DNA of 64,000 bases from Trypanosoma brucei (lineage: Eukaryota), in assembly GCA_000002445.1 (NCBI GenBank), contig CH464491.1:1536001-1600000 (forward strand), in the 5' to 3' direction. A program made the translations under genes and the position numbers. Of this stretch, positions 32,180 to 42,696 are shown one piece after another. Within the stretch, counting starts at the first letter, position 1. Each line of letters opens with the position of its first letter. Under the pieces are notes generated by a model. It was not told the DNA's origin, did not search any database, and was given only the letters and a program-made list of their open reading frames with translations.

Positions 32180-32838
32180 GAGGGAACTTTGTGGAAATCA
32201 CACTAAATGAAAGGTGGAAAGTGTAAATTACCTCTGCTGGATCGGGATATATATATATATGCGCTGTTGCCTCGTTGCTGTAGTCTTCACAACCCTTTTC
32301 ATTCTTTTCTTCATTTTTTTTGCGTTTCACACGGTTGGAAACAGTGAACTTGCACGATGTCCCCAATGTTTAGTTGGTGATGCAATTTGGTGCAGCTGAA
32401 CACAGTACAGTGGTATGCACAAGCGCTTTTTGCTGTGTAACCAAGCGTACGACTAGTGTTTTGTGTATTCTACACTTTTACACGAATGTAATGTGGAGGA
32501 GGCGAACAGGGAACGTTTTTCTCTTTTTGCATTGTGATTCTTCGTAATTTTCTGCACAATGTTTGATGATTATTTGTTTCATAATTCATTGTTTATTTCC
32601 GCAAACTTCTGACATTCCTCCTCCTGATATGGCTTTTCATGCTCTATACACAGCGTCCGCTCCCTGCACAGTTTTTTGCGTTGTTTTTCCTCAATTGTTT
32701 TCTTTATTGACCCATCTCAAGGTGTCAGGAGGAGCACTGACCGCGGTGGAAATTCCACACTACAGGAGCTCATAGAGAAGAAGTGCAAATAGATACACTT
32801 ACTGTTATTATTTTTGGTAGATAACTTAGCAAGTAATA

Positions 32839-32863
32839 ACACACACACACACACACGCACACA
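32839..32863. repeat. (AC)n microsatellite, imperfect, intergenic.
   Basis: Direct reading: acacacacacacacacacgcacaca. Confidence 0.9.
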
Positions 32864-32973
32864 AACAAGAGCATATAAATCATTATATATATACATATAA
32901 GGTAAATCCTTAACAACGTAAGAGAAAAGAAGAAGAAAAGGTCTAAGCTCATATACCCTTACTCTCTCCAATA

Positions 32974-35847
32974 ATGCAGCGCTCACCTCAATCATATGAG
33001 AGCTTTCTTGACGACGAGGAACTTGTTAAGCAGCTGATTGAGGCTACCGACGTGGATGAAGTTGTAGAGCGCATGGAAATAGAGCGTTACCATCACATTG
33101 CGCCCTTGCTACGGGAAATGGGACCGTATAATTGTGACTCAAAGAAACAACCAGGCTCTACGTTATCGAACTCTCAGCAACAGCAGTGGAATAGAGACGA
33201 ACCTTTTCACAATAATCCAGATGCGCGAACGAATGAAATGAAAAGAACACGCGATAGAGGTTTGCGTTACACCATGAATACCGCTTCCACCCCACCCCCG
33301 CCCCCACCAGAAACACTCTCCCCCATAGAGGATCCCCTTGAAAGGCCACGTGAGGAGATGAAGCCAACTAGAAGACGTTACACATCACCCGCACCCACGA
33401 AATCGCCATTACTCTCCAGCGAGAGAAAAAGGCAACCACCAACGTATGATGATCAGGACGAAAAACCTATCACCCATAGAATTCGTCGAAGACAAGCATA
33501 TAGTGCGGAAAGGCTGAGACCACCAAAGAGCAACACAAGTCGAGGGAGGCCACTCTCGCCGGCTAACCCCAGAGGCTACGCTGGACAGCAGAGGGCTCGC
33601 TCTTATGATCGGAAACCACCACCCCCATCGTCACGGCGGATTTCCCCACAGGATGAGTGTCCGAACGGGTTGGGGAAGTCACCTTCTAGTTATTCCTACT
33701 TTCGCCCGGCAGCCACCGCAAAGCCAGCATGGAGGGGTGTAAAGAATGCCCAACGTTACATGGATCTGTTTGCACCTCCTGCTGCTAACCCATCCGAAAA
33801 TCGTAGTCCATTGCGTCGGATTAAAGGTGGGTACATTGCGCCCCTTCCACCTCCTGACGGTCAATCAAGAAGAACACTATCGGCGAGGAAGCGTCCTCTT
33901 TCTCCGCCCGTTCCAGGCCGACGCCTAACACCACCAGTGGATCGTTACTTTCCTTTGAGCAGTGGTATTAGCCGGTGGGGCCGTATGGACAACGGCTATG
34001 ATTCAGAACTAACTGACGCATCAGAGGATGTACATCCCTCAGATGATGCACTTCAAGGCTACGCTGGTTACGATAATTATGTTGTTATTCCCCCACGTGT
34101 CGTAGAGAGGGAGCGGTGCGTGAGAAACCGTGTGCCAACTATGTCTCCGGCACGCTCCAGTATTCTTGTGAGCCCATGTAGATGTTTTTCTTCCCCCTGT
34201 GAGAGGAGTGGATCCTCCGATGCACAGAGGATGTGGAGATCACCACAAAGGACCCAACGAGGAACAAGATCACCCCAGGTAAGATTATCACCAGCCGTGG
34301 ATGATTCAAGAGAAAGTGAAAAGAACAAGAGCACGCGAGTGAAGAACGAAGACCTTAGTCGGAAAAATACTTGCGACGCAGGAATATCATTTCCTTCGCC
34401 GCGACAAAGGTTTAAGCCGCCCGACATGGTAACAAAGAAGGGAAATCACCGCGAAACCCAAACCTCTCCGCCACAACCCAGCCACAAGGAGGTCAAGAAT
34501 GCCGCCCTTTCACCACGCACGCTTCCAGACGAGAAGACGCCCCGCCCGGACGGCACGACAGAGCAACCGAGTACCAAATCTCCATCCCTCCCCGCTTCCA
34601 CGCGGGGGTCAAACATATCAGTTTCCTCGTCAGAAGGTGGGGGGAAGGATGAAGTTCCCATTGTGGATATTAGCAAAGAGAACAAGTCGTGTGACAACAG
34701 TCATTCACCTGACAGCGTTACTCATACATACAAAAATGTAGGAAATAAGATCTTGGATCGTAAAACTGCTGTAAGTCCGCGAGTCCACGATAAAGATAAG
34801 CGTGAGAGAAAGGGCAAGCGACAAAAGCGTATAAAACGGCGAAAAAACAATGCCCCTGACTCATCCACTGACCAGAGCAGTACGTCAGACTCAAGTTCAT
34901 CAAGTAACTTTTCCAGCGGTACACCATTTGATGAGTCACGGACAACGGAAAGAAAGCGTCGTCATCGCCGTACTCATCAGAAGTCGGGTGGCGATTCGCA
35001 CCGTCAGCAAAAGGGGAAATCAGCTCTAAGTTCCGACAACTCTCCTCTAAGAGATGATACGGCACACGCACAGGTGCCGAAAGTGTACCCCCCACTTACC
35101 AGCAGTCCTCAGAGAATTAGGAAACCTATTTGCCTACAACAGGATCCAGTTGTGCGACCGCAAGTGCAGTCAGCAAGCCGACCGCCTTTTGCGCAGACGG
35201 TACAGAGGCCTGTGTGCACTCCCGAACCGTTTATCTCATTTTCATCTCCTCCAAAGAGCAAGACGGATGTAAATGGCATTCAGCGCAGTGACAACGCAGG
35301 TCAAGGCGTTCCTTCTGTTAGCATACGAGTTGTGCCACCACCATCTCCAGGCCCACGTCGCGAACCGCCGAGCCCCACTGCCCCGAAAATGGGAGGAGTG
35401 AAGATTCCTTACATGTCGTATCTCCACACTTCGTCACCAACATCTGTAAGAGCTTCACAGTTGGGACCGGCGCAGCCGCAGCAGACCCAGTCAGCAGCAT
35501 CTGCAGCGACCCCCAGAAACGGAACTGGTGAACCCGTGTGGCGGAGCAGTGGTCATGATAGCGTTGGACGGAGTAATACGAGGGAACCTCATTTAAGGAG
35601 GAAGTGGGCTATTTGTGGGCATACACAGATACGTTCCCCACCGAGGGGTGGACGTTGTTCGTCGCAGCCTCCCCATCTACAGGCGCATGAATGGACGGCT
35701 AACGGACAACGAATGACAACAACTCGTCAAATTACTGAGCCGCCCCTCCCGATCACACCACGGCGGTCGGGCGCCACCACTCCTCAAAGACCAAACGGAT
35801 CATGCGTAAAGATAATCTCCAGCCCCTCGAGGGTAGCGCAGCACTGA
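32974..35847 (+). CDS. Large low-complexity protein rich in Pro/Ser/Arg/Thr, probably intrinsically disordered.
   Basis: 957-aa ORF. ATG at 32974 is preceded by a pyrimidine-rich tract. Composition is dominated by P, S, R, T and Q with a short structured N-terminus (MQRSPQSYESFLDDEELVKQLIEATDVDEVVERMEIERY). No stop codons over 2.9 kb, which supports coding. Confidence 0.55.
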   Translation: MQRSPQSYESFLDDEELVKQLIEATDVDEVVERMEIERYHHIAPLLREMGPYNCDSKKQPGSTLSNSQQQQWNRDEPFHNNPDARTNEMKRTRDRGLRYTMNTASTPPPPPPETLSPIEDPLERPREEMKPTRRRYTSPAPTKSPLLSSERKRQPPTYDDQDEKPITHRIRRRQAYSAERLRPPKSNTSRGRPLSPANPRGYAGQQRARSYDRKPPPPSSRRISPQDECPNGLGKSPSSYSYFRPAATAKPAWRGVKNAQRYMDLFAPPAANPSENRSPLRRIKGGYIAPLPPPDGQSRRTLSARKRPLSPPVPGRRLTPPVDRYFPLSSGISRWGRMDNGYDSELTDASEDVHPSDDALQGYAGYDNYVVIPPRVVERERCVRNRVPTMSPARSSILVSPCRCFSSPCERSGSSDAQRMWRSPQRTQRGTRSPQVRLSPAVDDSRESEKNKSTRVKNEDLSRKNTCDAGISFPSPRQRFKPPDMVTKKGNHRETQTSPPQPSHKEVKNAALSPRTLPDEKTPRPDGTTEQPSTKSPSLPASTRGSNISVSSSEGGGKDEVPIVDISKENKSCDNSHSPDSVTHTYKNVGNKILDRKTAVSPRVHDKDKRERKGKRQKRIKRRKNNAPDSSTDQSSTSDSSSSSNFSSGTPFDESRTTERKRRHRRTHQKSGGDSHRQQKGKSALSSDNSPLRDDTAHAQVPKVYPPLTSSPQRIRKPICLQQDPVVRPQVQSASRPPFAQTVQRPVCTPEPFISFSSPPKSKTDVNGIQRSDNAGQGVPSVSIRVVPPPSPGPRREPPSPTAPKMGGVKIPYMSYLHTSSPTSVRASQLGPAQPQQTQSAASAATPRNGTGEPVWRSSGHDSVGRSNTREPHLRRKWAICGHTQIRSPPRGGRCSSQPPHLQAHEWTANGQRMTTTRQITEPPLPITPRRSGATTPQRPNGSCVKIISSPSRVAQH

Positions 35848-36757
35848 TGGTTGTAGACGAGCGAGTGTGCGCGTGGAGGCAAGGCTTTACACTAAGGGGT
35901 GCTTGCGGTTTTACTATATGGAACTTTCATGCACATTTGCAATATTTTAAGAAAGGCTGCCAAACAGTTTGGTGGTTCTCTTAGTGTTTTGAGATATATA
36001 TTTTACCCCTTAGGTGTGTTAAAACTACTACATAGAGCAACAGTGTGCGAGGTGACGAAACATAAAGTTCTTTTACTTGTTTTTTTTAATTACGAATGCT
36101 TCTTTTTTTTTTTTTTGAGGGGAAGTGTGAACTACTGCGATGCTGTTCTTTATTAGATGCTGAGCGAAACGAAAGGGTACTGGATATAAGCGAAAAGAAA
36201 ATAATGGGCAGTAGAATAGGGAAAGAGATTGTTGGAAGGGAGCGGGAGACAAGTGGAATGGGGTTTGGTAGAGGGAGTGGTAGATGCATCTGCTTCAGTT
36301 AGAAGCGTTTATGTTGTTTTCCTATATTTTTTATGACCGTTTAAAGCATGCGGACATATATATATATATATAAACCCTTTTCTGTCTTTTCTTTTCCGTT
36401 GTTATTAAGCGTGGGAGCACACAAGGAAACGTGGAACAACACTAAATTTAACCAATTTACGCGTTCTGGGCTGCATTACCTTACCGTCACCTTCACTTCT
36501 TTTCTATTTGTCTATGACGCATTTCTCTTGTTTGTGTGTCTTTCTTTTTCCTTCTACTTGGTCTGCTTTCATGGGGGTTGCCGTAAACCTACTGGAACCC
36601 CCTGACAACGGAAATGTTGTATTGAGGTGCTGGATCGTGCAGTGAAGGGGGGTTGGCTATTGGGTGCTAGAGTTCCCCGCACATAAGTACAATATAATTT
36701 TGTGTGCGCGCAGTTACGCACTTTTTTCGTTTGTACAGCTAAGAGAGACCGTTGACG

Positions 36758-38521
36758 ATGATGACCAGCAGTCCGAGTTCCATTGAAGTGCCCCACTCGT
36801 GGGCGGAGAAGTACAAACCAAAAACCATTGCACAGATGTGTTACCCCGTTACCGCAAATAAGTTGAAGCAATGGATGGAAGAATTTGAAGCCAATAGTTC
36901 CAAAATGAGGGGAGCACTACTCTCGGGACCACCTGGTGTTGGTAAGACGACATCTGTTTATGTTGTGGCTTCCGAGCTCGGGCGTGTTGTTGTTGAATAC
37001 AACGCCAGCGACTTCCGCAGCAGAAAATCACTGCGGGAGAACGTTAGCACCGTAGTTAATAACCGCACTTTCAGCAACACTTCCTCGTCCTACGCTAATA
37101 TTGTGCTGCTGATGGACGAAGTGGATGGGTGCGACATTGGCGGCGTCGGAGAAGTTATTCAAATGATCAAGAATACCAACGTGCCAATCATCTGCACGTG
37201 CAACGACCGGTGGCATCCAAAATTGCGCTCACTGCTGAACCACGTGGAAGACATCCGCGCTGGTCGACCCCCGTGTAACATAGTTGCCAACTACCTTTGT
37301 GATAAGGTACTGGCTCGCGAAGGCATCTCTCTTTCTAAACAGCTTCTGCAGGACATCATACAACGATCGGGAAGCGACATCCGCAGCATGCTCAACAATC
37401 TGCAAATGTGGTGCATCAACCAAACATCACTTCAGCAGAAGAAACTTGCGGAGTGCGCACTGCAGTCAGCAAAAGATGGTGATGTTGGCCTATTTGAAGC
37501 CGCCGAGGTATTTCTTCTGCAGGGGTCGTCGCGTGGTAGGCCCCGTTCCATTGAAGAGCTCCAGTCCACGTTCTACAACTCGGACCTTGTGGACATGTTC
37601 GTGCAGGAAAACTACCTTCACTTCAAACCTGAGGACCGTGATTGGATGGATGCAGTTGCCGAGGCAGCGTCTTCAATTTCACTCTCGGATCTAGCGCAAC
37701 GTATTATGTTCTTTGAGAACAACTGGTCCGTATCCCGGTCCCACGTACTTCTCTCCAGTATTATACCGTGTGCCCTAACTCGTGGTCATTACGAAACTTT
37801 TGTAACAGGGCAGCAGGCCATATTTGATCGACAACGTCCTGTGAAGTTTCCTTCATGGCTTGGTCAAAATTCAGCTGCTGGTAAAAACAAAAGGCTGCTT
37901 CGGTGCTTGACATTTCAGGCGATGGGTCACTCGAAGGGTATTAGCGGTACACAAGAGGATGTTCTGCTTGATTACATACCACGTGCCTGGGAGAGCAGAC
38001 TTACCGACCCATTAGCACAACGGGGGAAGGATGCCATTCCGGAAGTAATTGCTTTCATGGATCAGTACCACATCATGCGTGATGACTGGGAATTTATCCA
38101 GTCTGTTGCACACTTTAAGAAAATGCAGTCGGCGTCTCCAAACCCTGCTGCAGGAGATATTCCAGGAGGTATAAAAGCAGCCTTCACGCGAGAGTTCAAC
38201 AAGACACATCGTTTGGAAAGCTTTGCGAAGGGGGCGCTGCAACGGGTTGCCACCGATGGAATAGGGTTTGGAGAGGGGGAAGAAGACAACGAGGAAGAAG
38301 GAAGTGTTGCGGGAGCCTCACGCCCCACTGCGAAGAAAGCTTCCGCGAAAACTGCCGCGAAGCCGAAGAAGGCGGCGAAAAAGGAAGGTAACGAGAATGC
38401 AAAACCGAAGAAAGCGGCGGCCAAGACGGCGAAACCTGCGGGTAGGCGGGGGAGGAAAGCCACTCTTGTCGACTCTGATTCGGAACCGGAGTTTGAGAGC
38501 TACAGTTCCGATGACTATTAG
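36758..38521 (+). CDS. Replication factor C large subunit-like AAA+ clamp loader (RFC1/Ctf18 family) lacking an N-terminal BRCT domain, with a basic histone-H1-like (KKA/AKK repeat) C-terminal tail.
   Basis: WAEKYKPKTIAQM (RFC box II-like) and the P-loop LLSGPPGVGKTT. ELNASDFRSRKSL, VLLMDEVDGCDIGG and PIICTCNDRWHPKLRSL align with RFC1 (ELNASDTRSK, LIMDEVDGM, PIICMCNDRNHPKIRSL). The C-terminus is AKKASAKTAAKPKKAAKKEGNENAKPKKAAAKTAKPAGRRGRKA. Confidence 0.75.
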   Translation: MMTSSPSSIEVPHSWAEKYKPKTIAQMCYPVTANKLKQWMEEFEANSSKMRGALLSGPPGVGKTTSVYVVASELGRVVVEYNASDFRSRKSLRENVSTVVNNRTFSNTSSSYANIVLLMDEVDGCDIGGVGEVIQMIKNTNVPIICTCNDRWHPKLRSLLNHVEDIRAGRPPCNIVANYLCDKVLAREGISLSKQLLQDIIQRSGSDIRSMLNNLQMWCINQTSLQQKKLAECALQSAKDGDVGLFEAAEVFLLQGSSRGRPRSIEELQSTFYNSDLVDMFVQENYLHFKPEDRDWMDAVAEAASSISLSDLAQRIMFFENNWSVSRSHVLLSSIIPCALTRGHYETFVTGQQAIFDRQRPVKFPSWLGQNSAAGKNKRLLRCLTFQAMGHSKGISGTQEDVLLDYIPRAWESRLTDPLAQRGKDAIPEVIAFMDQYHIMRDDWEFIQSVAHFKKMQSASPNPAAGDIPGGIKAAFTREFNKTHRLESFAKGALQRVATDGIGFGEGEEDNEEEGSVAGASRPTAKKASAKTAAKPKKAAKKEGNENAKPKKAAAKTAKPAGRRGRKATLVDSDSEPEFESYSSDDY

Positions 38522-39324
38522 AGGTAACAAACCGTTCAAGTATGCACATGAACACAAACACGTTAACGCCTCATGTGACCGTGTATGCGATTTATTGAAC
38601 GTGTGAATGGAGGTGCCAAAAGGGGGGAGGTGAAATCTAGGAATCATACAAGGGAATACATGTTATTGTCCTGCAGAAAATTGCTTTTCTGCTCAGCACC
38701 CGACATATTGGTATGAATGCTCACATATACAATGAGCGGTTGGGAGGAGCAGTCAAGCAGTGATGTGGAAGGGGAATGGGAGGAAGGAAATAGTGACGTG
38801 GCGAGAGTACATTTATAAAAATAAAGGAAGCACAATAGGGTAACATGCTAGAACTTAAAAGATGCGCGAAAATACTTGGTGCACCCGTTCGCTACTCTCC
38901 AATCCACTGTCCCCCCGCAGCCGCGCACCTTCTATATTCTACGGGGCAGGGAAAATAGCCTTTTCTTTAATTTTTGTGAACCCCCACAACATGCTCGAAA
39001 CCTGAGGTCACCTGCTTTACTTTTATAAAAAAGTTGAAAATTTACTCTTTGTAAACGCTATTCATCTGTCGTTTACTCATTCCTCCCATTCGCAGCGACG
39101 TTGTACTATTCTTTGGGTGTATGTAGTGTCCTGCCTCTAACCTCAACCGTTTAGGTTTCTCTTATTTTCTTTTCTCTGCTTCAATAATCTCCTAGTTGTG
39201 AGCGCTTCGGTTGTGTTAGGCTACTAACGCAGTTGGCTCTCACACTGATCAAGGTGCGACAACTGCACTCTTGTACCTACATCGCATTTACACAAATACA
39301 TTGGTGTGAGACGCGTGTGATTCA

Positions 39325-40551
39325 ATGATGACGCAAAACGTGAAACAGGTGCAAGTAGGAAAGCATTCTTTTCCATTGTATTCTCACCCTGCCATCCGTG
39401 AAACTGCCGGAACCGAGGCGTACGTTGAACGCGTTGTTCAAAAACATCAGAACAGCCCACGAGTACGAAACTCCGTTAATTACGTGGCGCGAAAGCTCCG
39501 ACAAATCGGAGCAATGAAAACCCTGAACCCCGAAGAACATCAGGTTGGTGAAGAAACATCGTGCGCGAAGTCCGCGCGCACCGACAGAAAACACAGTTAC
39601 TCACCCTCTCCATTTGAGGGGAGGATACCAGCGGCATTAAAAAGCGCAAAGAGGAACAGCGAAGTTTGTAAAACGCCCATGGGTAAATTACAAGCTCCCT
39701 GCTCTCCAACCGTATGTGGGTACCCGTTACCGTACCCCAGGTCGTTATCGCACAATCTTTTCAATGTCATTCAAGATACGAGGAGAAAGGGGAAAACAAA
39801 CACCGAACAAAGTGAATTGAAGAACGAGGGTGATCCTCTCACCTTGTCGCCCATTGTTCCAAAGGTTGATACTTCACCTGCTACGGAAAGCAAAGGACGT
39901 AGACGTGAGGAAAAACCTCTGGCACATGAGGGACAACTGCTCAAACATAAACTTGATGTGTGGAGAGATCTGTTTCTTGCCTCTGCTGCGCAGCAATTGG
40001 CTGCAAGCGGCCACCCCCGCTCGCGGCGTGACGATGCAGGAAATGTTTTTTATTCTAACATTTCGTGTTATCTTAAGGAGGGATGTATTGTGAAATCAGA
40101 AGACACGGACCTGCGTACTGGGCCGAGGGATCACCTTAGGGTTCAAGGTGCCTATTTGTCACACTTAGCACCCGAGGCGTTTGCCAATTTGCACGTCACG
40201 CTGGACGGTAATACTTTTGTTCTTCGTAATGTACAACGGACATCGCCTACTATAAAGCAAATATCAGAGGAACTGTGCGAGGAAAGGGGAATTAGATTGT
40301 TGCCAACCGCAATGCAAAAGAAGGTGGCGTACCTGGTTTCACAGGTGAGCACCTCGACGAAAGAGAGGGCGGGCACCATCAGTGGCAAAAAAGGGTTGGC
40401 AACCTCCAAATGGAAGCATACAAATTCTCTACAAACATGTAAACATTCTTTGAACATGGAGCTACCGGAAGTAACGTACCGCAGTCGCGTGCTCTCGACC
40501 ATACGTGAGGGTGCATACGGGTCACCGTTTCAAAAAGGCTGCAAGATGTGA
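39325..40551 (+). CDS. Hypothetical protein.
   Basis: 408-aa sense-strand ORF with an ATG start. Basic and Ser-rich. No motif recognised. Lies immediately upstream of MND1. Confidence 0.4.
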   Translation: MMTQNVKQVQVGKHSFPLYSHPAIRETAGTEAYVERVVQKHQNSPRVRNSVNYVARKLRQIGAMKTLNPEEHQVGEETSCAKSARTDRKHSYSPSPFEGRIPAALKSAKRNSEVCKTPMGKLQAPCSPTVCGYPLPYPRSLSHNLFNVIQDTRRKGKTNTEQSELKNEGDPLTLSPIVPKVDTSPATESKGRRREEKPLAHEGQLLKHKLDVWRDLFLASAAQQLAASGHPRSRRDDAGNVFYSNISCYLKEGCIVKSEDTDLRTGPRDHLRVQGAYLSHLAPEAFANLHVTLDGNTFVLRNVQRTSPTIKQISEELCEERGIRLLPTAMQKKVAYLVSQVSTSTKERAGTISGKKGLATSKWKHTNSLQTCKHSLNMELPEVTYRSRVLSTIREGAYGSPFQKGCKM

Positions 40552-40822
40552 ATATCGCTTTATTTTGTTGTTGCGGCGTAATCTAATTGCCCTTTGTGTA
40601 CACAACTGGAAGAAAATGGAACAGTGTATCGCCAAACTTACTCTTTCCTCATTATTTTATTTACATCTATTTCTGCCCAAGTGTGCGGGTACTTCATTTT
40701 CCATCAGAGGGTTGATGCCCCACCAACTGATTTTCCCCTTTATGATTCTGCTTTGATAACTGTACAAGGAGGAGGACGAAATTCAGACACGAAACAAGTG
40801 GTCTCAGCTTCATCGGTTGCTA

Positions 40823-41938
40823 ATGAACAAATCCGCAAAAAAGAAGGGTCTCTCCATGGAAGAAAAGGTGTCGCGTATTGAAACTTGGTTTGTTAACAAT
40901 CCGTCGCCTTACACGTTGAAAGATTTAATTCAAATTCTACCCAAGGCGACGGGCGTGATCCCACAGTCCGTGGAAGAGTGCATGGAAATCCTTGTCTCGG
41001 AAAATCGTGTGCGGCAGAAGAAAGTGGGTGTTCATGTTCTTTTTTGGCGTTTTCCCCAAACTGCTACCCAACGGTTGGCCGGCTCTATGGGAGAGAAAAC
41101 AACAACCACAGAATTAGCCAAATACCTTAGTATGTCAGAAGATGAGCTTCGGACGGAACTTCAAACTTTGAAGAAGACAGAGAAAGATATTCGTCAGCGG
41201 ATAAAAGAGACTCAGGCATCCATTGGGGATGACAACGCTGTTCAAAAGGATGCAGAGCAAATACGAAGTCTTCAGGGTGAAGTCAAGATACTGGAAGAGC
41301 AACTCAATCAACTTGCCCTGTTGGATCCAGCATTCGTTGAAAAACTGAAGGCCGCAACAGTGGTAGCGTGGGAATCTGCCAACCGCTGGACAGACAACAT
41401 GTACTTACTTGAGCAGCATATCTCACGGAAGATGGGGATGAGTGCACGGGAGCTGCGTGCTCAGCTGCAGCTTCCTCTAGAGGTGGAATACATTGAGTAT
41501 GATGAGCTTCTGCCGTCAGCAACGAGTGGGGGTAAATCAGCATGTACATCTTCAGGAAATTCTTGTGCGTCACCTCTAATCTGCACCGTCGATGCCACTC
41601 ACGGGGGAGGCAACAGTCAAGAAGTACCGGCAGCATTCCACATTGAGGAAGGCCACACCCAAAATATCAATGAGGAAGCGGGGGAAGCATTAACTGAAGG
41701 TGGATGTGATGTGAAACCTCATGAAGACGTTGAGAATGAAACCTCTAACACCTTAAGGAAGGAGAGGGATGGAAAGAAGCGTGGCAGGGGGAGACCTCCA
41801 CTGGAGAATGCTAAGAAAGATGACAATATGGTTAATGCTCCCTCAGTTAAAAAGAAAAAGAATGAAAAGGACAGACCACCTGCTGCGAGTAATACTGATG
41901 CACTCACGCCGGCCAGACAACGGCGTTGCCGAAGGTAA
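40823..41938 (+). CDS. MND1: Meiotic nuclear division protein 1 (MND1) homologue with a ~170-aa C-terminal extension that contains an RGRP (AT-hook-like) basic motif. Track start is TTG 40817.
   Basis: The N-terminus MNKSAKKKGLSMEEKVSRIETWF...YTLKDLIQILPKATGVIPQSVEECMEILVSENRVRQKKVGVHVLFWRFP matches the Mnd1 winged-helix consensus (KKKGLS-EEK...F-...LKELEK-PK--GI---SVKEVLQ-LVDD--V---KIG----YWSFPS). Coiled coils follow, then ANRWTDNMYLLEQHISRKMGM (Mnd1: ANRWTDNIF-----------). The C-terminal extension includes KKRGRGRPPLENAKKD...KKKKNEKDRPP. Confidence 0.85.
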   Translation: MNKSAKKKGLSMEEKVSRIETWFVNNPSPYTLKDLIQILPKATGVIPQSVEECMEILVSENRVRQKKVGVHVLFWRFPQTATQRLAGSMGEKTTTTELAKYLSMSEDELRTELQTLKKTEKDIRQRIKETQASIGDDNAVQKDAEQIRSLQGEVKILEEQLNQLALLDPAFVEKLKAATVVAWESANRWTDNMYLLEQHISRKMGMSARELRAQLQLPLEVEYIEYDELLPSATSGGKSACTSSGNSCASPLICTVDATHGGGNSQEVPAAFHIEEGHTQNINEEAGEALTEGGCDVKPHEDVENETSNTLRKERDGKKRGRGRPPLENAKKDDNMVNAPSVKKKKNEKDRPPAASNTDALTPARQRRCRR

Positions 41939-42293
41939 CCAAACTCGTTAGTCCAAGAAATAGCGTGCTGCTTTGAATCCCTTTTCTAACAGAACAAGCA
42001 CAGAATACCTTTCCTTGAACGGCAGACAGACTTAAACAGTCATTGCCGCAATTTTTAAATATATCATATTCGGCTTGCGTTCACAGACTTGTGTTACACA
42101 TTTTATGTTGCTATTATTATTATTTTTTTTTGGAGGGGAAGGGGAGCCCAACTCTTGAAGAAGGGTCGTTCGCATGCAACAAGAAATGTTATCAAAGAGC
42201 ATATTGTTACTTTTCAACGTTTTATTGTAACGAGTAAATACCTCTCCAAATCCTCCACGTTTCTTTTATTTGAGGAGAGCGAGCGTGTCGAAT

Positions 42294-42339
<46 letters not shown>
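42294..42339. repeat. Compound (TC)12(TA)12 microsatellite, intergenic.
   Basis: Direct reading: tctctctctctctctctctctcta tatatatatatatatatatata. Confidence 0.95.
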
Positions 42340-42676
42340 CCTTCTCACTCCTTCCGAACCCGCTGTGTGTTGAAAATATTGTTTAATACTTATTTTCCTT
42401 TAAGCGGACGGTTGGAAGTGTCAGAGCTTTTGGTAAGTTGTTAGAAGATATAGGCAAAGAAAATGATTCCCGGTCCGTATTCTTAACGAACTGATCCTTT
42501 TATTTTTTCTACACGCATTCTGCCAAACTCAAGCACGCAATGCGCCATCGAGGGAAAGACTTGCATATGGGTGTCTTGAAGCACAGTTAGTGCGTGTGGG
42601 TGTGGTTTTGATTCCATTGTTGACCGCATGCCCATTGATTTTGTTGCCCTTTTTTAAATTTTGTAACATTGTTGCT

Positions 42677-42696
42677 TGTGTGTGTGTGTGTGTGTG
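42677..42696. repeat. (TG)10 microsatellite, intergenic.
   Basis: Direct reading: tgtgtgtgtgtgtgtgtgtg. Confidence 0.9.
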
